A stretch of 64,000 nucleotides of DNA from an uncultured Syntrophaceae bacterium (GCA_964547985.1 CAZJPV010000003.1:21003-85002); one strand, 5' to 3'. Positions 38,408 through 47,346 are shown, counted from the stretch's first letter. Numbers and translations: made by a program. Notes: generated from the sequence alone by a model not told the origin.

Positions 38408-39361
38408 TCAGTGGATCGCCCCTCCACAGGTGAAGCCCTGGCCGGCCGTGCAGCCGAAGCAGTGATCGCCGATACGGATTTCCCTTCCCGAAAGCGCATC
38501 CGGGTCGAAATCCCGGATGTGCTGGGGGTAGCCTTCGTGGAGATGGAGTCTCAGGGCCTGGTTGAAGTCGCAATCAAATAGCCTCCCGTCCCACCGGACG
38601 TTGATCAGGTGCCGGCACATGATGCCCTGCACCGTCTCCGGCCTGAAGGCCTTCCTGAGTGTCCCCATGTATTTTTCGAGATGACCTGTCCGGATCAGGT
38701 GGTCACGGAATCGACCGACAGGCATGTTGGAAAAGGTAAAGAGCCTGTTGAAGATGATATCGTATCTTTCTTTCAGTGCCTTTTTATAGGTCTCCTCGAG
38801 GGTAGATTCTGCCGCGGGGAGGAATGCGCCCTCCGGGTTGTAGACGAGGTTCAGCCTCAGGTTCGTGGAATCCCGGCCGAAGCCCATGGCGTTGAGCTGC
38901 TGGAGGGCCCTAATCGACTTCTGAAAGGTTCCCCGGCCCCGTATCGTGTCGACGGTCTCTTCCGTATAACAGGGAAGTGAGGCTGTGATCTCCACGGCCT
39001 GATCCCGGTAAAAATCCGGCAGTTCCTGCCCGATGTCTTCAAAGAATATGGTCAGATTGCTCCGGCATACCACGTGACGGCCGAGCCTTCTTGCCTCGCG
39101 GACGAGGTATTTAAAATGGGGGTTGAGCTCTGGAGACCCCCCGGTGAGATCGAGAACCATAGAGGGGTGTTTTTTGAGAACCTTCAGGACCCATTCGATG
39201 TTCTCCCTGTCCATCAGTTCCACCCGGTCGGGGCCCGCTTGGACGTGGCAGTGCCGGCAGGCCATGAGGCAGCGATAACCGAGGTTGACCTGCATGACCT
39301 CAACCCTGAGCGCCCTGAGCGGGACCATACTGATTTCTGAAAGCTTATCTTTGAATGTCAC
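38408..39361 (-). CDS. radical SAM / Cys-rich C-terminal domain protein, ArsS-like
   Basis: 317 aa. CLMACRHC radical-SAM cluster motif, and a C-terminal CFGCTAGQGFTCGG Cys-rich tail as I recall for the ArsS (TIGR04167-type) family. Confidence 0.8.
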   Translation of the reverse strand: MTFKDKLSEISMVPLRALRVEVMQVNLGYRCLMACRHCHVQAGPDRVELMDRENIEWVLKVLKKHPSMVLDLTGGSPELNPHFKYLVREARRLGRHVVCRSNLTIFFEDIGQELPDFYRDQAVEITASLPCYTEETVDTIRGRGTFQKSIRALQQLNAMGFGRDSTNLRLNLVYNPEGAFLPAAESTLEETYKKALKERYDIIFNRLFTFSNMPVGRFRDHLIRTGHLEKYMGTLRKAFRPETVQGIMCRHLINVRWDGRLFDCDFNQALRLHLHEGYPQHIRDFDPDALSGREIRIGDHCFGCTAGQGFTCGGAIH

Positions 39362-39394
39362 AAACAGTTTCCCTGTGGGCGAGACGTGCGTTTA

Positions 39395-40156
39395 TTAAAG
39401 ACTGACCTTGAGCCCCCGGTCCCTGAGGTATTCTTTCACGGCCTTGATCGTCAGGATGCGGTAATGAAACACCGAGGCAGCAAGCAGGATACCGGCGCCC
39501 CCCCTGATGACGGCCTCGTAGAAATCCTCGAGTTTTCTGGCACCGCCCGACGCGACGACGGGGAGTTTCACAGCGCCTGAAACGGCCTTTGTGAACTCGA
39601 TGTCATATCCGGCCTGCGTACCATCACCATCCATGCTTGTTGGAAGCAGGACACCCGCCCCGAGCTTTTCGCATTCCCGGGCCCAGGCGACGGCATCCTT
39701 CCCGACCGGTCTGGTACCGCCTGCCACAACGAGCTCAAATCCCGAAGGCATTTCCTTGTTTCTTTTCGCATCTATCGCCACGGTTATCTTGTCTTTTCCG
39801 AAGGCCTTTGAAGCCACGGCCACCAGTTTCGGGTCTTTCACGGCCGCGCTGTTCATCGAGACCTTGTCGGCCCCTGCGGTAAGAACCATCTCGATATCCT
39901 CGAGACTCGAAATCCCCCCACCGACGGTCAGGGGGACGTCAATGACCGAAGAGACCTTTTTCACCCACTCCAGCCGTGTTTTTCTGTTTTCCAGGGTTGC
40001 CGCGATGTCCAGCATGGCCAGTTCATCGGCCCCTTCTTTCTGATAGAAGGCCGCGTTCGCAACGGGGTCTCCCGCATCCTTCAGATCGACGAAATGGATG
40101 CCTTTGACTACCCGTCCCTCTTTCATGTCCAGGCACGGCATGACCTTGATCGTCAT
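39395..40156 (-). CDS. hisF: imidazole glycerol phosphate synthase cyclase subunit HisF (or HisF-like)
   Basis: 253 aa. IPCLD-type start (VMPCLDMKEGRVVKG), PLTVGGGI, SGGAG-like motifs and a (beta/alpha)8 length. No hisH or hisA is adjacent. Confidence 0.88.
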   Translation of the reverse strand: MTIKVMPCLDMKEGRVVKGIHFVDLKDAGDPVANAAFYQKEGADELAMLDIAATLENRKTRLEWVKKVSSVIDVPLTVGGGISSLEDIEMVLTAGADKVSMNSAAVKDPKLVAVASKAFGKDKITVAIDAKRNKEMPSGFELVVAGGTRPVGKDAVAWARECEKLGAGVLLPTSMDGDGTQAGYDIEFTKAVSGAVKLPVVASGGARKLEDFYEAVIRGGAGILLAASVFHYRILTIKAVKEYLRDRGLKVSL

Positions 40157-40250
40157 AGGAACACCTCATAAGGAATTTTTTATCGCTCTAATTTACAGGA
40201 TCTCTCGGCATATTTCGAGCGGCTTTTACAGCATCCAGAACAATATTCCA

Positions 40251-41081
40251 TCACCTCATCATCACGCATTTTGTGCAGACCATCTGCTCGACGGCCTCCT
40301 TCGTGATAGACTTTCCGAAGAGGGTTTTGAGTTCACGGCTTCTGGCCGAATCATCCCGGAAGAGAACGCCGATCGGGATTTTGGTATCCCAGGCGTCTGC
40401 AAGCTTGAGGGCTTCGTACCGGTTTTTCGCCGGTTTATCCAGTGTATAGACCCGCTCCCTGTACCAACCGTAGGTGTTGATCCTGTTGAAAGTGACACAG
40501 GGCTGGAGGACGTCCACGAGGGCGGTACCCTTGAAGAGGATGGCTTCCCTGATCACGGATTTCAGATGGTCTTTTTCCCCGGCAAATCCCCGGGCCACAA
40601 AAGGCGCGCCCATCGTGATGGCGAGCGACACGGGGTTGAGCGGGATGTTTTCGCTCCCCTGGGGATCGAGAAGGTTTTTGACCCCCCGGTCGGTTGTGGG
40701 TGAACTCTGGCCCTTCGTCAATCCGTAGACCTGGTTGTTGGAGGTGAGAATCGTGATGTCGAGTCTCCTCCGGATCGTGTGGATGAAGTGGTTTCCCCCC
40801 TCGCCGTAGTTGCAGCCGTCACCGGAGTAGGCGATGACCGTCAGGTCCGGTCGGGCCAGCTTGATGCCCACGGCAAGCGGAAGCGCCCGTCCATGAAGCC
40901 CATTGAAATAATTGACCTCCAGGTAGTGGGGCATCTTGGCCGCCTGGCCGATCCCCGAGGTCAACACGACCTTGTTAGCCGGGCCGGGCAATTCCTGCAG
41001 GACGCTTTCCAGTACGTCTCGAATCGGGAAATTTCCGCACCCCGGACACCAGGCGCTCTCTTTTCTGGCAATCATCTTCAA
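40251..41081 (-). CDS. 2-oxoacid:ferredoxin oxidoreductase, beta (TPP-binding) subunit
   Basis: 276 aa. WCPGCGNF, SGIGQA and GDG....GGNH TPP motifs. Confidence 0.88.
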   Translation of the reverse strand: MKMIARKESAWCPGCGNFPIRDVLESVLQELPGPANKVVLTSGIGQAAKMPHYLEVNYFNGLHGRALPLAVGIKLARPDLTVIAYSGDGCNYGEGGNHFIHTIRRRLDITILTSNNQVYGLTKGQSSPTTDRGVKNLLDPQGSENIPLNPVSLAITMGAPFVARGFAGEKDHLKSVIREAILFKGTALVDVLQPCVTFNRINTYGWYRERVYTLDKPAKNRYEALKLADAWDTKIPIGVLFRDDSARSRELKTLFGKSITKEAVEQMVCTKCVMMR

Positions 41082-41088
41082 GCCTCCG

Positions 41089-42717
41089 TCAAGATAGATA
41101 CTTTTTGAGGGTCTGGAAGAGTTCTTTTACCGTGAAGCACTCGCCATTGTACTTGAGGATCTGATGATCCACGCTGATCCCCAGCTCCCGCTTCAGGAGT
41201 CCGGCGAATTGCCCCGTGGCGTTGTTTTCGACTGAAATGATCCTTTTGTTCTTCAGGTTGAAGGGTTTCACCATGTCCTGCGTTAGGGGGTAGACCTGGC
41301 TGAAGTGAAGGGCCCCTGTCCGTACCCCGCCCCCGGTGATCCTCCGGACGGCCTCCTCGACGATCAGTTTGTTTGAACCCCAGTTGATCACGATCACATC
41401 GGACCCCGGATCCCCGGTGAAGGTGGGCAGGACCGTCTCTTTCTTGAGGAAGTCAGATTTCTTCAGCCGCTTCTCGACCATCCGGGTCCGGAGGCCGAGA
41501 TCTTCCGTGATTTTCCCTTCTTCATCGTGCTCGTCGGAGTCGACCCTGACGAGGGCATCGCCTGCGCCCGGGCAGGCCAGAGGAGACAGCCCCGAGGCTG
41601 TCAGCCTGTAGCGATTGTACGACGAGTCGAAAGAGCCGTATTCGCGCCGGATGATTTCAGAGGTGATTTCTTCGATCATCATCTGGACGGAATCAGCGAG
41701 GTATTGATCGGTCAAGATGAAGACCGGTGTCTGGCAACCATCGGCCACATGAAAGCTTTTTCGGGCCAGGATCATGGCCTCGTGGAGGGAACCAGGCGCG
41801 TAGATCGCCCGGGGAAACTCGCCGTGCCCGGCGTGAAGAACGAAGTTCAGGTCCCCCTGCTCGGTCCGGGTCGGGAGGCCCGTTGCCGGGCCGGGACGCT
41901 GCGCCACGATGACGACAAGCGGTGTCTCCGTCATGCCGGCAAGGGAGATGCCTTCCTGCATCAGGGCAAACCCCCCGCCGGATGTCGCCACAAGTGAGCG
42001 AAGCCCCGCGTAGGATGCCCCGAGGGCCATGTTGATGGCTGAAATCTCGTCCTCTGCCTGTTCGAAATGAACGGGGTGATTTAGGGCAACAGTGGATATA
42101 TAGTGCATGATCGAGGTGGCGGGGGTCATGGGGTAACCGGCCATGAACTGGCAGCCGCCGAGAAGGGCCCCGAGCGCCAGGGCCTGGTTGCCGTCAAACT
42201 TGCAGTGGGCCGGCGCCTTCGGTGCAATGGGGTAACGGCCGGCAACCCCCCAGCGGCGGGCAAATTCGAATCCTGCCGACAGGTGATCGGGATTTGAAGA
42301 AATACCGACGATGCCTGAAAATTTATCCTGCGGGCATCCAATGGCCGCAAGGATCAGCCCGACGAGCATGGTGTTTGTTGCGGTGACCCCCCCGAAGCGT
42401 TCACGGGCCACCTGCTCCATTTCCTTCACCTGACCCGGCGAAAGAAAGACCCCCGACACTGACAAATCCGTTTTGTGGTATTGCTCGGTTTCTGAATCGA
42501 GGGCGATGATCATGTCCCAGGGATCACCGGAGAGGGCGTGGACAGGGTCCCCGGCGATGCGGACCATGTGAAAATTGTGGCCACCCCGTATCCTGGACAT
42601 GTAGTTCTTGGTGGCAAAGAAATGATAATGAAGCCTGGAAAGAAGCTCGGACAGTTCCATTTCTACCGAGAACATGCCCTGCCCCGCCTCTCCTCCGACC
42701 AGGACGTTAAATTCCAT
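41089..42717 (-). CDS. 2-oxoacid:ferredoxin oxidoreductase, fused gamma-alpha subunit
   Basis: I prefer ATG 42717 (MEFNVLVGGEAGQG...) with a GGAGG RBS. The track start at 42996 adds an implausible Arg/Pro-rich leader. The gamma-type N-domain is followed by the alpha domain (GYPMTPAT...). Confidence 0.88.
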   Translation of the reverse strand: MEFNVLVGGEAGQGMFSVEMELSELLSRLHYHFFATKNYMSRIRGGHNFHMVRIAGDPVHALSGDPWDMIIALDSETEQYHKTDLSVSGVFLSPGQVKEMEQVARERFGGVTATNTMLVGLILAAIGCPQDKFSGIVGISSNPDHLSAGFEFARRWGVAGRYPIAPKAPAHCKFDGNQALALGALLGGCQFMAGYPMTPATSIMHYISTVALNHPVHFEQAEDEISAINMALGASYAGLRSLVATSGGGFALMQEGISLAGMTETPLVVIVAQRPGPATGLPTRTEQGDLNFVLHAGHGEFPRAIYAPGSLHEAMILARKSFHVADGCQTPVFILTDQYLADSVQMMIEEITSEIIRREYGSFDSSYNRYRLTASGLSPLACPGAGDALVRVDSDEHDEEGKITEDLGLRTRMVEKRLKKSDFLKKETVLPTFTGDPGSDVIVINWGSNKLIVEEAVRRITGGGVRTGALHFSQVYPLTQDMVKPFNLKNKRIISVENNATGQFAGLLKRELGISVDHQILKYNGECFTVKELFQTLKKYLS

Positions 42718-42896
42718 TCTGACCTCCTTTTTTTCGACTGTGCTCGGTTTTTTGTGACGAGGCCTCTTCACGACATCTGGGTCGGTCAAAAGAGATACGG
42801 CCAGGGCGGGGTTTCGAGTTTGAATAACCGGGATGTCACAACGCCGAAATGACGCAGGCCCGAGGGATTCATGGTCCGGCCTGAGGCGTGAAGGGA

Positions 42897-43127
42897 TTAC
42901 AGCAACCCCCCCTTTTCCATCAGGCCCATAAGCTTTTTGTACACACCCTGCAGGAGGGATTCGATTGTCTCGTTTTTTTTCCGAAGCGGCAGCCATTCGA
43001 GGAAGTGTTCGTTGTCGGCGATGACTTTTCCTTTCAACTCGTCGAACTGACTCTGAATTTCAGCGGCCTTTTCCAGACCGTATTTTTTTTCATAACCCTT
43101 CAGGGCCCTTTCGAAGGCATCTTTCAT
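42897..43127 (-). CDS. small hypothetical helical protein
   Basis: I prefer ATG 43127 (MKDAFERALKGYEKK...) with GGGGGAGG 6 nt upstream. The track uses TTG 43151. 76 aa. Confidence 0.45.
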   Translation of the reverse strand: MKDAFERALKGYEKKYGLEKAAEIQSQFDELKGKVIADNEHFLEWLPLRKKNETIESLLQGVYKKLMGLMEKGGLL

Positions 43128-43206
43128 TTCAGCCTCCCCCAGCTTCTTCAAAGAAAGCCCGGAGAAACATGGACCTCCGGGCTCTCGAAATGTGTTTGTT
43201 TAACGT

Positions 43207-43518
43207 TTATTTTACCAACTCCGGCTGACCTGAAGGCGGGAACCCGTCGTCGGTCAGCACTTTGACGATCGTCTCGAGATTCGTTTTTTCGTCGTCAAAG
43301 GTTACGACGGCCGTATGCGTAAACTGGTTTACCTGATATTCCTTCACGCCAGGAATCTTTCCCAGGATATAACTTACCCTGCTTGCCGTGGCGGGTCACC
43401 CGCAGTCCGGAATCAGGAGCTTGACCGTTCTGTCAGCCGCGAAAAGGGGCTGGGCCGACATAAACAGGAACATCACGCTCACAAAACCGCTCACCCATAG
43501 GAGTCGTCTTCGCCTCAT
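43207..43518 (-). CDS. exported heavy-metal-associated (HMA/MerP-like) domain protein with in-frame TGA (candidate selenocysteine) in the metal-binding loop
   Basis: Hand translation gives MRRRRLLWVSGFVSVMFLFMSAQPLFAADRTVKLLIPDCG-[TGA 43398..43396]-PATASRVSYILGKIPGVKEYQVNQFTHTAVVTFDDEKTNLETIVKVLTDDGFPPSGQPELVK*. A GGAGG RBS lies 8 nt upstream. The signal peptide ends LFA/AD. The beta-alpha-beta-beta-alpha-beta HMA pattern continues for 62 codons after the TGA. The TGA aligns with the second Cys of the MerP CxxC-P loop. Confidence 0.6.
43363..43381 (-). other. short stem-loop downstream of TGA 43398 (weak SECIS candidate)
   Basis: CAGGG-UAAGUUAUA-UCCUG starts 14 nt after the UGA. An alternative longer pairing is CACG..CAGG / CCUG.CGUG. 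Hand folding only. Confidence 0.25.
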
Positions 43519-43731
43519 AAACAACCTCCTTATTTTTCATTATGATAAACACTGGCTGAGGTAAAATCCAGAGAAATTCGTCTTGAAACGAAAGAAAAAG
43601 CACTCCACCAAAAAATCTTGGCATTTATTCACCCGACCTGATAATTTACCGATGTGATCACCATCCTTTTGTCGGCCTGTATGGGTTGGTATTCAAGGCG
43701 TAAGACTCCGGGATGAAAGAGGGCTTGTGAT

Positions 43732-44634
43732 ATGAATCGCCGTGGATTTCTCAAGAATACCGCCGTGGTCGGAGCGGGGCTCACCCTGCCCGGCGCCTGC
43801 GGGCTTGTCTTCCGCGTGCTCGAGGCCTCGGAAAGAGTGGACCTGGCTGTGGCCCAGGGGGCGGCGCCTTCGCAGATCACGAGGGCGGCCATCGATGTCC
43901 TGGGCGGCATGAAGCGGTTTGTGACCAAGGGGGATGTCGTTGTCGTGAAGCCCAACATCGGGTGGGACCGCACGCCGGAATACGCTGCAACCACCAATCC
44001 CGAGGTTGTCGGGACGATCGTCAAGATGTGCTACGAGGCCGGTGCAAAAAAGGTCAGGGTTTTTGATCGGACGGTGAGCGATTCCCGAAGATGTTACAAG
44101 CAGAGCGGGATCGCCGATGCGGCGGGTGCTGCCGGCGCCGAGGTGAGTCATATCGACGACAGGAAGTACAGGGACGTAAAGATGAACGGGCTGGCTCTGA
44201 AGTCGTGGCCCCTCTATGCGGATGTTCTGGAGGCCGACAAGGTCATCAATGTCCCCATCGCTAAAGACCATGGCCTGTCGAAACTCACCCTGGCCATGAA
44301 GAACTGGATGGGCGTAATGGGTGGATGGCGGAGCCGGATCCACCAGAATATCGATGAAAGTCTCGTCGATATCGCCAGAGCCGTCAAGCCGACACTCACG
44401 GTCCTCGATGCGGTCAGGATCCTCACGGCGAACGGTCCCACGGGTGGAAGCCTCAGCGATGTCAAACGGCTCAACCTCGTTGCCGTCGGCACCGATCAGG
44501 TGGCCATCGACTCCTTCGGTGCGACCCTCTTCGGCTTCAAGGGCAGTGATCTCGGTTATGTCCGGCTGGGAGCGAAGGCCGGCCTCGGCGTGATGGATCT
44601 TGCGAAACTCAAGATCAAAAAGATTCAGGTATGA
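43732..44634 (+). CDS. Tat-exported DUF362 domain protein
   Basis: 300 aa. Twin-arginine signal MNRRGFLKNTAVVGAG. The DUF362-type core (VVVKPNI.W......TNPEVV..IV) is shared with 47885 and 51547. Confidence 0.85.
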   Translation: MNRRGFLKNTAVVGAGLTLPGACGLVFRVLEASERVDLAVAQGAAPSQITRAAIDVLGGMKRFVTKGDVVVVKPNIGWDRTPEYAATTNPEVVGTIVKMCYEAGAKKVRVFDRTVSDSRRCYKQSGIADAAGAAGAEVSHIDDRKYRDVKMNGLALKSWPLYADVLEADKVINVPIAKDHGLSKLTLAMKNWMGVMGGWRSRIHQNIDESLVDIARAVKPTLTVLDAVRILTANGPTGGSLSDVKRLNLVAVGTDQVAIDSFGATLFGFKGSDLGYVRLGAKAGLGVMDLAKLKIKKIQV

Positions 44635-44667
44635 GGACCCGTTGCCAATCCCAAGTGATTTTAATTC

Positions 44668-46224
44668 ATGATCAAGAACATACGTAGAGCCTCCCAGGCG
44701 ATCTTTCTCTTCCTTTTCCTGTTCCTCTTCAGACAGACCGAATCAAAGGGGTATGACGATCTCGGCTATCCCGTCCGGCTCTTTCTCGACTTCGACCCTC
44801 TCGTTTTCATCACGACCGTGCTGGCATCCCACACCGTTCCCCTCGCCTTTTACCTCTCGGTTATCCTGATCGTGTTCACCATTTTTCTGGGCAGGGTCTT
44901 CTGCGGGTGGGTCTGCCCGCTGGGGACGCTGAACAACATGATGGGTACCTTACGGAAGGCGCGCCCCATCGGCGACCGGAGGCGTCTCTACCGCTGGAAA
45001 TATTATATTCTCCTTTTTATTCTCGCAGCCTCCCTTTTCAGGCTACATCTCACGGGTATTCTCGACCCGTTGTCGCTTCTCATCCGGTCTCTGTCGGCCA
45101 GTATTTACCCCCTGTTCAATTATGCAGTGAGGTCCTTCTTCGACACGATTTTCCACTGGAATCCCCCGATCATTGTTCAGGGGTCGGAATTCCTCTATGA
45201 CCTTTTGAAAAGAAGTGTTCTTGCCTTCGAACAGCCCCTCTTTGTCCAGAGTGCCTTCATCGGCCTTCTCTTTCTGGCCGTTCTGGGTTTGAATCTCATC
45301 GAGAGGAGGTTCTGGTGCAAGTTTCTCTGTCCGCTCGGCGCACTCCTCGGGATCCTGTCCCGCTACGCCCTCCTTCGCAGGTCGCTCGGCGAGGGCTGTG
45401 ACGCCTGCGGGGCCTGTGAGACGATCTGCCAGGGTGGCGCGATCCATGATGGAGACCGGTGGGAGTCGGGCGAATGCCTCTACTGCATGAACTGTGACGA
45501 TCTCTGCCCGAGGAACGCCGTCTCCTTCGGATTCTCCACCAGGGGGACGCCGGCGGCGCTCAATCTGGGAAGGCGCAACGTCCTGATCGCCTTCGCCTCC
45601 GGCATTGTGTCCGTGCCGCTCATCAGGACGACGGCCCATTCAAAACCCGGCTATGTGAACCCCAGGCTCATCCGCCCCCCGGGCGCGCTGGAAGAGCGGG
45701 AATTTTTGAGGGCCTGCATCAAGTGCGGGGAATGTATGAAGGTTTGCATCACCAACGGCCTTCAGCCCACCCTTTTAGAGGCGGGTCTGGAGGGGATCTG
45801 GTCACCAATCCTGATCCCGCGGATCGGCTACTGCGAATACCGCTGCACGCTCTGTGGGCAGGTCTGTCCGACGGGCGCCATCGCGAGGCTCAAACTGGAG
45901 GCAAAACAGCAAGTCAAAGTCGGTCTTGCCATGATCGACGAAGGGCGTTGCCTTCCCTACGCACATGCAACGCCCTGTATAGTCTGCCAGGAGGCCTGTC
46001 CCACCTCCCCGAAAGCCATATGGCTCGAGGAGACCAACGTGAGAAACCGGGAGGGACGGGTCATCCGTGTGAAGCGGCCGCGTGTGGACCTCGAGCTTTG
46101 CATCGGCTGCGGGATCTGTGAAACCCTCTGCCCCGTGATGGGCCAGCCGGCGATTTACGTCACCAACGTGGGCGAATCAAGGTCCAAAACAAACCAGCTT
46201 CTCCTCCCGGGGGCGGCGAAGTGA
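44668..46224 (+). CDS. membrane-bound polyferredoxin, NapH/MauN-like N-terminal domain plus multiple 4Fe-4S motifs
   Basis: 518 aa. TM helices with repeated FCGWVCPLGTL / WCKFLCPLGAL motifs. The C-terminal part has CxxCxxCxxxC(P) clusters (CDACGACETIC, CMNCDDLCP, CIKCGECMKVC, CTLCGQVCP, CIVCQEACP, CIGCGICETLCP). Confidence 0.85.
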   Translation: MIKNIRRASQAIFLFLFLFLFRQTESKGYDDLGYPVRLFLDFDPLVFITTVLASHTVPLAFYLSVILIVFTIFLGRVFCGWVCPLGTLNNMMGTLRKARPIGDRRRLYRWKYYILLFILAASLFRLHLTGILDPLSLLIRSLSASIYPLFNYAVRSFFDTIFHWNPPIIVQGSEFLYDLLKRSVLAFEQPLFVQSAFIGLLFLAVLGLNLIERRFWCKFLCPLGALLGILSRYALLRRSLGEGCDACGACETICQGGAIHDGDRWESGECLYCMNCDDLCPRNAVSFGFSTRGTPAALNLGRRNVLIAFASGIVSVPLIRTTAHSKPGYVNPRLIRPPGALEEREFLRACIKCGECMKVCITNGLQPTLLEAGLEGIWSPILIPRIGYCEYRCTLCGQVCPTGAIARLKLEAKQQVKVGLAMIDEGRCLPYAHATPCIVCQEACPTSPKAIWLEETNVRNREGRVIRVKRPRVDLELCIGCGICETLCPVMGQPAIYVTNVGESRSKTNQLLLPGAAK

Positions 46225-46255
46225 TTGTCTTTTGGCCTTCCGGGGTGATATCAAA

Positions 46256-46289
46256 AAGCCCTTTCCGATTGTAGAATCGGGAAGGGCTT
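46256..46289. terminator. bidirectional rho-independent terminator
   Basis: AAGCCCTTTCCGATT-gtag-AATCGGGAAGGGCTT (14/15 complementary). An A-run precedes and TTTC follows. It lies between convergent genes. Confidence 0.8.
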
Positions 46290-46327
46290 TCAAATGTTGG
46301 AAATGATCCTCGCAGGCGCCTAGAGGC

Positions 46328-46786
46328 CTATATCTTGTCTTTCCGGTCCTTCTCCAGCTCACCGTACTTTTTGGTGATGATGTAGACGCCCTGGTCGAAG
46401 AGGCGGATCGTCCGGTTGATGCTCTCGACGGCCTTATACTGATCGAGGGCTGTCAGGAAGATCGCCTGGAAATCTGCGTAGAGCCACATGTGCCTTCTCA
46501 GCAAGACGAGAGCGTAAATCGCCTCGTGAAGAGGCAATCCCTCCCGGAACCTGTCCTCGGCATATTTCTCGAAATATCTTTCGACCTGCCTGTAAGGGGG
46601 CTCGTCGAAATAAATCCGTCTTAAATTTCCATAGAATTCGATGGCAAACTCCGTGCACTTGTCCATGGTTATCACCTGCAGCGCCGGCGTTCTGGGATTC
46701 GACTTGACGGCCTTGCACCACTGATCCGAGATGTCCTTAGCGTGTTGTTCCGTCACGTGCAACAGTTTGTCGGCAAAGGCTAACAT
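46328..46786 (-). CDS. hypothetical protein (possibly an RsbR-N/globin-like sensor-type helical domain)
   Basis: 152 aa with normal composition. The domain idea is only an impression. Confidence 0.55.
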   Translation of the reverse strand: MLAFADKLLHVTEQHAKDISDQWCKAVKSNPRTPALQVITMDKCTEFAIEFYGNLRRIYFDEPPYRQVERYFEKYAEDRFREGLPLHEAIYALVLLRRHMWLYADFQAIFLTALDQYKAVESINRTIRLFDQGVYIITKKYGELEKDRKDKI

Positions 46787-47037
46787 GTGATTTCATCCCC
46801 CTGTTATTTTATACCAATACGGAAGAGCCCTTCGGTATTGACCTGCTGATTTGCAGCGTGGGCCATTTTCTATTATTTGATTCTTCCACGGGGGTCAAGT
46901 GCTTGTTTACACGGCTGCGGCGTCGCGATCATTTTCTTTGGAGGGCTTTCAGTAGGCGGGATAAGGTCCCTTCGGCCATGGAGAAAAGGCATGTTGCCTG
47001 TTGCGGGTTTGTGATTTTCGGAGGAAGGGGCTTTAGA

Positions 47038-47346
47038 TCAGGCCCAGGTGTCGATGTTCATGCCTTTGATCCGGGCCCTGTTGAGGATGATCGATCCGTC
47101 ACGGGTCTTTCCATAAAAGGACAGGATCCCGCCGAGGAATACGGCATCCTGCCGTTCGTCGTTTCGATCAGGTTTGTCATCCGGCCGGGTGAGCCGATGA
47201 GGGGGGCTTGATGTCCGAGGGTGGGCAATTTCCGGGGCCCTGAAAGACTCCAGTTTCACCGGGAGCCAGGAACCCTGGAAGCTCCTGCCGGGAGTGTTAA
47301 GTGCGGTATCGACGACCTCTGCTGCTGCGAGTGTATGGACCTTCAT
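47038..47346 (-). CDS. hypothetical protein
   Basis: 102 aa ORF co-directional with its neighbours. No motif was recognised and the central Pro/Arg/Asp-rich part is low complexity. Confidence 0.35.
   Translation of the reverse strand: MKVHTLAAAEVVDTALNTPGRSFQGSWLPVKLESFRAPEIAHPRTSSPPHRLTRPDDKPDRNDERQDAVFLGGILSFYGKTRDGSIILNRARIKGMNIDTWA

Noticed and set aside
38330-38410. Possible TGA read-through at the C-terminus of the ArsS-like gene, since the family has Sec variants.
   Set aside because: The Cys-rich tail is already complete before the TGA, and the downstream frame (HTGWSVRYKTAISADHRPP...) has no family-like sequence.
43433-43624. 63-aa minus-strand track ORF overlapping the 5' end of the HMA gene.
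   Set aside because: It is in a different frame from the signal-peptide/HMA reading, has no RBS and has implausible composition.
46873-47037. 54-codon open extension after the TGA stop of ORF 47038..47346 (possible read-through or Sec).
   Set aside because: The extension is low-complexity (SKAPSSENHKPATGN...) with no redox-type context at the TGA and no fold continuity. The parent ORF is itself weak.
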